From contig NW_021835884.1 in the NCBI RefSeq assembly GCF_006345805.1, forward strand, positions 1 through 43,977: DNA of 43,977 bases. The letters are read 5' to 3'. The stretch is from Octopus sinensis. Its lineage: Eukaryota. Position 1 is the stretch's first letter. Each line of letters begins with the position of its first letter. The notes under the pieces are model-generated. The model worked only from the letters and a program-made list of their open reading frames with translations, did not search any database and was not told the DNA's origin. Positions 37,220 through 43,977 of the stretch are shown here, in pieces. The position numbers and the translations under genes were made by a program.

Positions 37220-37741
37220 AGCTTTTGTAGAAAATTACTATTTGTAAATCTCACAACGAGAGATATTCAGCAACAGTAATTTGGAGTAAAGATTATTTGC
37301 CAACATAACATGGCAGTCCTGGTTTAGGACGAATGTTGCTGTAATTTAGCCCCAGGAGACATCGTCTTCAGCTGGCTATACAACACGAATATCTCTCGTT
37401 GTGAGATTTACAAATAGTAATTCTTTTTTGTTTATAGATCAATTTGAAAACTATATATTTCGAACGGGAATTTGGCAGTGCCACCTCTAGCCGAACAAAT
37501 TTTCTGTGCTGATGAAGGGAAATAACCCGGAAATCGTGATACACAGATATTGTTTTGAGCTGAGTGGGGATGCTAGATTCCCTTGTGCGGGTGCTAGCTT
37601 CCCTTGTTCGAAAATATAAGGACACAGATCATGTCGTATAACCAGTTGGAGACGATGTCTCCTGGGGCTAAATTACAGCAACATTCGTCCTAAACCAGGA
37701 CTGCCATGTTATGTTGGAAAATAATCTTTAGCTTTTGTAGA
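37220..37741. mobile_element. Composite HHR-bearing insertion (retrozyme/Penelope pLTR-like) with 12-bp TSD AGCTTTTGTAGA
   Basis: TSD at 37220-37231 and 37730-37741; inverted repeats 37233-37268/37387-37422 (36 bp, perfect) and 37287-37380/37637-37730 (94 bp, 4 mismatches). Confidence 0.8.
37503..37547 (+). ncRNA. Minimal type I hammerhead ribozyme motif
   Basis: TCTGTG-CTGATGA-A-GGG(AAATAA)CCC-G-GAAA-TC(GT)GA-TA-CACAGA; 6-bp stem I, AUA site (cleavage after 37541). Confidence 0.75.
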
Positions 37742-37914
37742 GTTGTTGTTTATTATACTTTTACAAGAAATGGGTGACAGTGACTTCGAAGTCATAACTT
37801 GCTAAATTTCGTCGGACTGCCTCACACATTCACACACAAATACACTCAATGACACACACAAACACACACACTTGCGCGCAACAAGCAAACACACACATAT
37901 ATGTGTATATATAT

Positions 37915-38070
37915 GACGGGATTCTTTCAGTTTGCGTGTACCAAATCCACTCACAAGGCTTTGGTGGTCCCGAGACACTATGGTGGAAGATAGTTACCCA
38001 TGGTGCCACACAGTGGGACTGAACCTGGGACCATGTGGTTGGCAAGCAAGTTTCATTCAACAGAGCCACG
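37915..38070 (-). mobile_element. SINE family S2, 5' half
   Basis: Reverse complement of the S2 head. Confidence 0.82.
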
Positions 38071-38629
38071 TCTGTGTGAGTGTAGATAGATAGACATATG
38101 TGTTGTTTGTGTGTTTGTGTGTGTTTGTTACGAAAGCACACAAAAACTCACAGACACACACACACACATACACACATACAGCCTCACCGACACACATATA
38201 TACTCACGCAGAGAGGTATACACACAGACACACAGCACATACCCACAGACACATTGATATAGACACACAAAAAGAGGCGGACATGAACGCAAACATATGA
38301 ACACAGAAACATAGACACAAGCCCGCAGTAACAGATACACCTATCATACATACACCCAAACATTTAAACACACACACACACACACACATAATGGCGTAGC
38401 CACACACAAACACACAGACACAGAACTGTAATCATTGAACCATAAAGGTATGTCTGATATTAATAGCAGAATGCGGTGGAATATCCTCCAGGATATCACA
38501 TTGTGATGGGGGGAGAGGTGGGAGTGACGTGGAGGCGGAGAGGGAGGAAGAGAAGGGAAGGATTTAGAGAGGAAGAGGAAGAGGGACGCTGATTTTGGCA
38601 GTGGTTCAATTGCATAAGAACAATAACGA

Positions 38630-39135
38630 AGCTGATTGAGATGATGATGATGATGATGACTGTCGACGACAACGATGGTGGTGATGAGGATGGCAAATGA
38701 TGACAATGATGATGATGGTGATGGTGGTGATGGTGGTGATAAAGATGAAGACAGCAATGATGATGATGATGATGATGATGACGATGATGCTGCTGCTGCT
38801 GCTGATGATGATGTTGATGATGAACACAGCGATGATGATGATGATGATAACGACAGTAGTAGTGGTTGTAGAGGTGATGATGATGTTGATGATGATGGCG
38901 ATGGTAGTTCTTGTGTTGGTACTGATGGCAATGAGGGCGGCGTAGAGGTGGAAGTGGTGGTTGTGGTGGTGGTGGTGGTGGCTGTAGCGGCCGGCGATGA
39001 TTGTGGTTCGAGTGATAATGATGATGGTTGTGATGATTGTGGTTGTGATGGTGTTGCTGGTGGTGGCGATGGAGGTTGTGGTTGTTGTGGTGGAGGTGGA
39101 GGTGGCGGCGGCGGCGGTGGTGTTGATGGTGATTA
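38630..39135. repeat. (GAT/GGT)n low-complexity tract
   Basis: Direct reading. Confidence 0.95.
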
Positions 39136-39310
39136 TATGATACATTGCCACCAGGCAACAGTCGAATTTCTTCATCTCCCATAATCAGCACGTGACTAGT
39201 TCTCAATGTTATCTAACCGGGTGGAGGATAAAAAGCATCATCCCCACGGGCAGCGAATAAATATCACCAAGCTTTTTGTTCGACGCTCCTACTACTTCTC
39301 CATCACTACC

Positions 39311-39340
<30 letters not shown>

Positions 39341-39341
<1 letters not shown>

Positions 39342-39544
39342 TTTCAAATTTTCGCACAAGGCCAGCAAGTTCGGTTGGGGTGGGGGGTAGTAAGTCGATT
39401 ACATCGACCTCAGCGTTTAACTGGTACTTATTTTATCGACCCCAAAAAGGATGAAAGATAAAATCGACCACAGCGGAATTTGAACTCTGGACGCAAAGGC
39501 GAGATGCCGCAAAGCTCGCCTTTGCTGACATAATTATGATAATT

Positions 39545-39579
<35 letters not shown>

Positions 39580-40320
39580 TATTATTATTATTATTATAAT
39601 TATTATTATTATTATTACTTAAGTCGGTGAGCTGGCAGAATCATTAGCACGCTGGACGAAATGCTTAGCCACATTTCGTCCGTCTTTACGTTCTGAGTTC
39701 AAATTCGGCCGAGGTCGACTTTGCCTTTCATCCTTTTGAGGTCGATTAATTAGGTACCAGTTACGCACTGGGGTCGATGTAATCGTCTAGTCTCCCCCTA
39801 CCCATTAATTTTGAGGTCTTGTGCTTTAGTAAAAAGGATTATTTCTGATATAGTAAGGCTGTGAACTGGCAAAATATACCAGGCAATTTCGGGGAGTGGG
39901 GTTAACCCATTACATCGACCCCAGTGTTCAACTGGTACTTATTTTATCTACCCAAAAAAGATTAAAAGCAAAATTGACCCCAGCGGAATTTGAACTCAGA
40001 ACGTAGCGACGGACGAAATGCCATGAAGCATTTTTTTCCTGCGTGCTGACAGATTCTGCCAGCTCTCCGCTTTAAGTTTTTTATTTTTTTCTCAAGAAAT
40101 TTTAGTTTCAAAATTTGGCACAAAGTCAGCAATTTCAGGATAGGTGGTAGGTTGGTGACACTGACCCTAGGGTTCAAATGCTACTTATTTTATCGACCCT
40201 CGAAAGGATAAAAAAACAAAGTCAACTCCGGAGGAATTTGAACTCAGATCGTAAAGACGGACGAAATGTCGCTTAGTATTTTTACCGGACATGTTAACAG
40301 TTCTGCAAACTGGACGGCTT
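39341..40320. mobile_element. Cluster of four S1 SINEs: 39341-39520(-), 39623-39830(+), about 39875-40070(-), 40106-40320(-)
   Basis: Each matches the S1 consensus or its reverse complement. Confidence 0.85.
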
Positions 40321-40824
40321 AGTTGGCTTTTTCCTTGAAAGATTGACACGCTACCTGTAGGAGGAGAAATAGGCTATGTTCCAAAAGCGAAAAATAATTA
40401 GGAACTGAAAATATTGCAACGTTCGTTAACGTTGAATGGGATTTTTTTAATTATTATGTTATTTCTTTCAAGATGTAACGAAACCGCTTGTGATGAGAGA
40501 AAAGGTAACTGTTGATGTCCGTATTTATCGAACCGTGGATAATAAAAAAGAAAAACTGCGTAAACAGAATTACCAAGCGGAACACGCATTCTACGCATTT
40601 TCGGTGTATATAAGCAAATTACATGAAATACTTTCACACTCGTACGCACATGTAGTACATACACACATGTGTATATGTGTTTATGCCAAGAAAAAAGGGA
40701 AAAAAAAAGACAGAGCGCCTACACATGGACATACATACAGACGCTCATTTATATATATACGTACACGTACATACGCATTTTCACATATATATATATTTAC
40801 ACTCACTCACGCATACGTACCTAT

Positions 40825-40980
40825 GTGTGGCTGTCTGGTAAGATGCTTGCTTCGCAACCACATAATTCCGAGTTCAGTCCCGCTACATAGTATCTTGGAC
40901 ATGGGGCATGACTTCTACTCTAGCCACGGGCTGACAACAGCCTTCTGAGTACATTTCGCAGGCGGAAACTGAAACTCGTA
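40825..40980 (+). mobile_element. SINE family S2, 5' half
   Basis: GGCTGTCTGGTAAGATGCTTGCTT...GAGTTCAGTCCC...GGAAACTGAAA. Confidence 0.78.
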
Positions 40981-40997
40981 TATATATATATATATTA

Positions 40998-41228
40998 AAG
41001 GACCACTCCGTCATTTACGACGATGAGGATCCCATCTGATACGATGAACGGAACAGCCTGCTCGTAAAATTAACATGCAAGTGGCTGAGGCTGGCCCTTT
41101 GAAATACAGGTACAACTCACTTTTGTCAGCTGAGTGGACTGGGGCAACGTGAAATAAAGTGTCCTGCTCAAGGACACAACGCGTCACCGGTAATTGAACT
41201 CACGACCTTTCAATCGCGAGTCGAATGC
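40998..41228 (-). mobile_element. S3-related SINE with a CORE-like central segment
   Basis: Minus strand: tRNA-like head, then CCTTGAGCAGGACACTTTATTTCACGTTGCCCCAGTCCACTCAGCTG, then a 3' part shared with 29280-29440. Confidence 0.75.
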
Positions 41229-41367
41229 TCTAACCACTAAGCCACATATATGTGTGTGTAGGGGGATTGTTCCACAACCACTGCTTGTCAACTGGTGTTA
41301 GTGTGTTTACGTCTCTGTAACCTAGGGGCTTCGCAAAAGGGAATGATAGGATAATTGCTAGTAAAAT

Positions 41368-41581
41368 AAAACTATATATTTCGAACGGGAATTTGGCAGT
41401 GACACCTCTAGCTGAACAATTATTCTGTGCTGATGAAGGGAAATAACCCGGAAATCGTGATACACAGATATTGTTTTGAGCTGAGTTGAGGTGCTATATT
41501 CCTTTGTTCGAAAATATAAGGACACAGATCGTGTCGTATAACCAGCTGGAGACGATGTCTCCTGGGGCTAAATTACAGCAA
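41368..41581 (+). mobile_element. Second copy of the 37445-37681 HHR element
   Basis: High identity to 37447-37681, lacking the 21-bp internal duplication. Confidence 0.88.
41424..41468 (+). ncRNA. Minimal type I hammerhead ribozyme motif
   Basis: Identical over 45 nt to 37503-37547. Confidence 0.75.
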
Positions 41582-41842
41582 ATTACAGATCGATTCACAC
41601 GACTAAAGGAAAAAAAAATGATGGCGGTGCCCCAGACTGGCCGCAGTATAATGACCGAAACAAATAAAAGAATAAGAGAACACACACACACACACGCGCA
41701 CACACACATTCGCATGCACACATGCACATACGCTTATACTGAGATACATACACACACACACACACTCAACAAATTCTGCCTACCGGAAGCACGTAGAATG
41801 GGATCTTAGGGGGCAGGAGAGAATAAAGAGGAAGCACATTAA

Positions 41843-42250
41843 AATGATGATGATGATAATGACGATGACAACGACGACGACGATGATGATGACGATGACG
41901 ATGATGATTTTGATGATGAGGATGATGATGAGGATGTTGATGATGAGGAGGAGGATGAGGATGATGACGATGATGATGATGTTGATGACGACGACGATGA
42001 TAATGACGATGACGACGACGACGACGATGATGATAATGACGACGATGACGATGATGATGTTGATGATGAGGATGATGATGAGGATGTTGATGATGAGGAT
42101 GTTGATGATGAGGAGGAGGATGATGATGACGATGATGATGATGATGAGGATGATGATGAGGATGATGATCATGATCATGATCATGATGACGATGATGAGG
42201 ATGATGACGAGAATGATGATGATGATTGTGATGATGATGATGATGTAGTG
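41843..42250. repeat. (GAT/GAC)n array with internal higher-order duplication
   Basis: Direct reading. Confidence 0.95.
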
Positions 42251-42513
42251 GAGGAGGAGGAGGTAGACGATAGCGTTAGGAATTCTATTGATAATAATGA
42301 TGATTGCAATAACAACAACAACAACAACGGGGCAGCAAAAGTAGCAGCAGCAGCAGCTTCTAGATATCAAAAGGAAAGGACACACTCGTGGTTGCCAAGA
42401 AAGGTTATTTCGCTTGGCAACAAGTGAGTCGTGTTTATGACATGGAATTGTGCTGTTTTGCTCTTTCCTCTCTTCATCTCGAATGCTTTTACGCGCTTAG
42501 ATGCTCACACACA

Positions 42514-42574
<61 letters not shown>

Positions 42575-42693
42575 ACACACACACGCGCATACAATCATAC
42601 ATGCATACATACAAACATACACACTCACATACATACGTACATGCAAACATATGTATATGTATGCATGCATTCATACATATATATATATGTATG

Positions 42694-42732
<39 letters not shown>

Positions 42733-43424
42733 TGTGTGTGCGTGTGTGTGTGCATACATGTATGCATGCACACGTACATACATATTTACATACACAAATA
42801 TATACTCCTACATGCAAATACATATACATACATAAATATATACATACGAGTATAGAGACATAGATGTATACATACACACACTCATGCATATATACACATA
42901 TATAGACATGTATACATAGGAGCATGCATACACATACACACACACTCTCACACACATACATACATACACACATACATAAATACATGCATTCATACCCACA
43001 AACACATACATGCATACATTCACTATGTATTCAACTCTATTTCTGTGTGTGTGTCTGTGTGTGTGTGTGCGTGTGTGTGTGTGTATGTGTGTGTGTCTGT
43101 GTGTGTGTGCGTGTGTGGTGTGTGTGTGTGTGTGTGTGTGTGTATGGTTTCCATCGTGATGAAGTATTATATCGATTTTGGGGATTTTTGATTTTTTTTT
43201 TCTTTTGTTTATGTTTTCGCAACTGTTCAGATTGCTTTTAGGTCCTTCACACTGGAACATTTAACAAAACCATTCTGTCAACAAACTGACCACTGTCACC
43301 ATTGCCAGTTGGTACTGCACACAGTGACCACTTAGTAAAACAACACACAGTGTCCAGTTTGCGGTTGATGACACTACAGGTTGTGTCCACCTTGTGATAT
43401 TTACGGAATGTATTGATATATCAA

Positions 43425-43865
43425 GACCGCAAGCTGGCAGAATCGTTAAGCACGCCGAGCAAAATACTTAGCGACATTTTTGTCAGTCTCAACGTTCTGA
43501 GTTCAAATTGCCGAGGTCCACTTTGCCTTTCTTCTTTTCGGACTCGATTAAAATAAGGACCAGCTGAGGACTAAGGTCGATGTTATCGACTTACCCTCTA
43601 CCCTGATATTGCTAGCCTTCGGTCAAAATTTGAAACCGATATTACAGAATAAATCGAAGGCGACGAAGTGAAAGGATCGTTGTTACGCCGGCCGAACAAA
43701 ATGCTTCGTCGCATTTCGTTCGGCTTTACGTTCAAATTCTTCCGAGATCGACTTTGCCTTTCATTCTTTCAAGATTAATAACATAAGGGCCATTTAAGCA
43801 CTGGGGTCGTTGTAATTGACTAACCCTATCTCCCCAAATTGCAGGCCTCGTGCTTATAGTAGAAA
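43425..43865 (+). mobile_element. Two tandem S1 SINEs (43425-43637; about 43657-43865)
   Basis: Both match the S1 consensus. Confidence 0.85.
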
Positions 43866-43977
43866 TGACCTGGCGAAAATAGATCTTAATTTGGGAATGG
43901 CATTATTTCCCCACAAACATCTGCGGGCAATTATCTTGGTTACTTTAATGCCCACTCGTTGGCAACTTGCTTCCCCA

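Larger units (their letters stand above)
41270..41680 (+). mobile_element. SINE family S2 3' half, interrupted by the HHR element
   Basis: S2 body at 41270-41362 resumes at about 41590-41680. Confidence 0.75.

Overview
Repeat-saturated, AT-rich eukaryotic DNA. The SINE families and the very high microsatellite density point to an octopus-like cephalopod; this is inference from recognised repeat families, not a search result. Almost all ORFs in the supplied track are translation artefacts of (TA)n, (CA)n, (GA)n, (GAT)n and (GGT)n tracts, and no host gene can be confidently named. Supported features: a 5' fragment of a Tc1 transposon (TA-CAGTG end plus an HTH-transposase N-terminus), two 3' fragments of a CR1/L2-group LINE, three tRNA-type SINE families (about 20 copies), an hAT MITE with an 8-bp target-site duplication (TSD), a Tigger/pogo-like MITE and several minisatellites. 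The main signal not explained by the ORF track is about ten type I hammerhead-ribozyme (HHR) motifs, read by eye, in at least four unrelated short repeat families. The best case is a ~500-bp insertion with a 12-bp TSD (37220-37741). Its forward and inverted parts together define a closed, circularly permuted ~340-360-nt monomer with one HHR at the tip of a long hairpin, the architecture expected of a retrozyme or Penelope pseudo-LTR. A second case is a 116-bp perfect inverted repeat (5695-6308) that carries an HHR on each strand. Ribozyme activity and expression are untested. A few weak exon candidates are flagged at low confidence.
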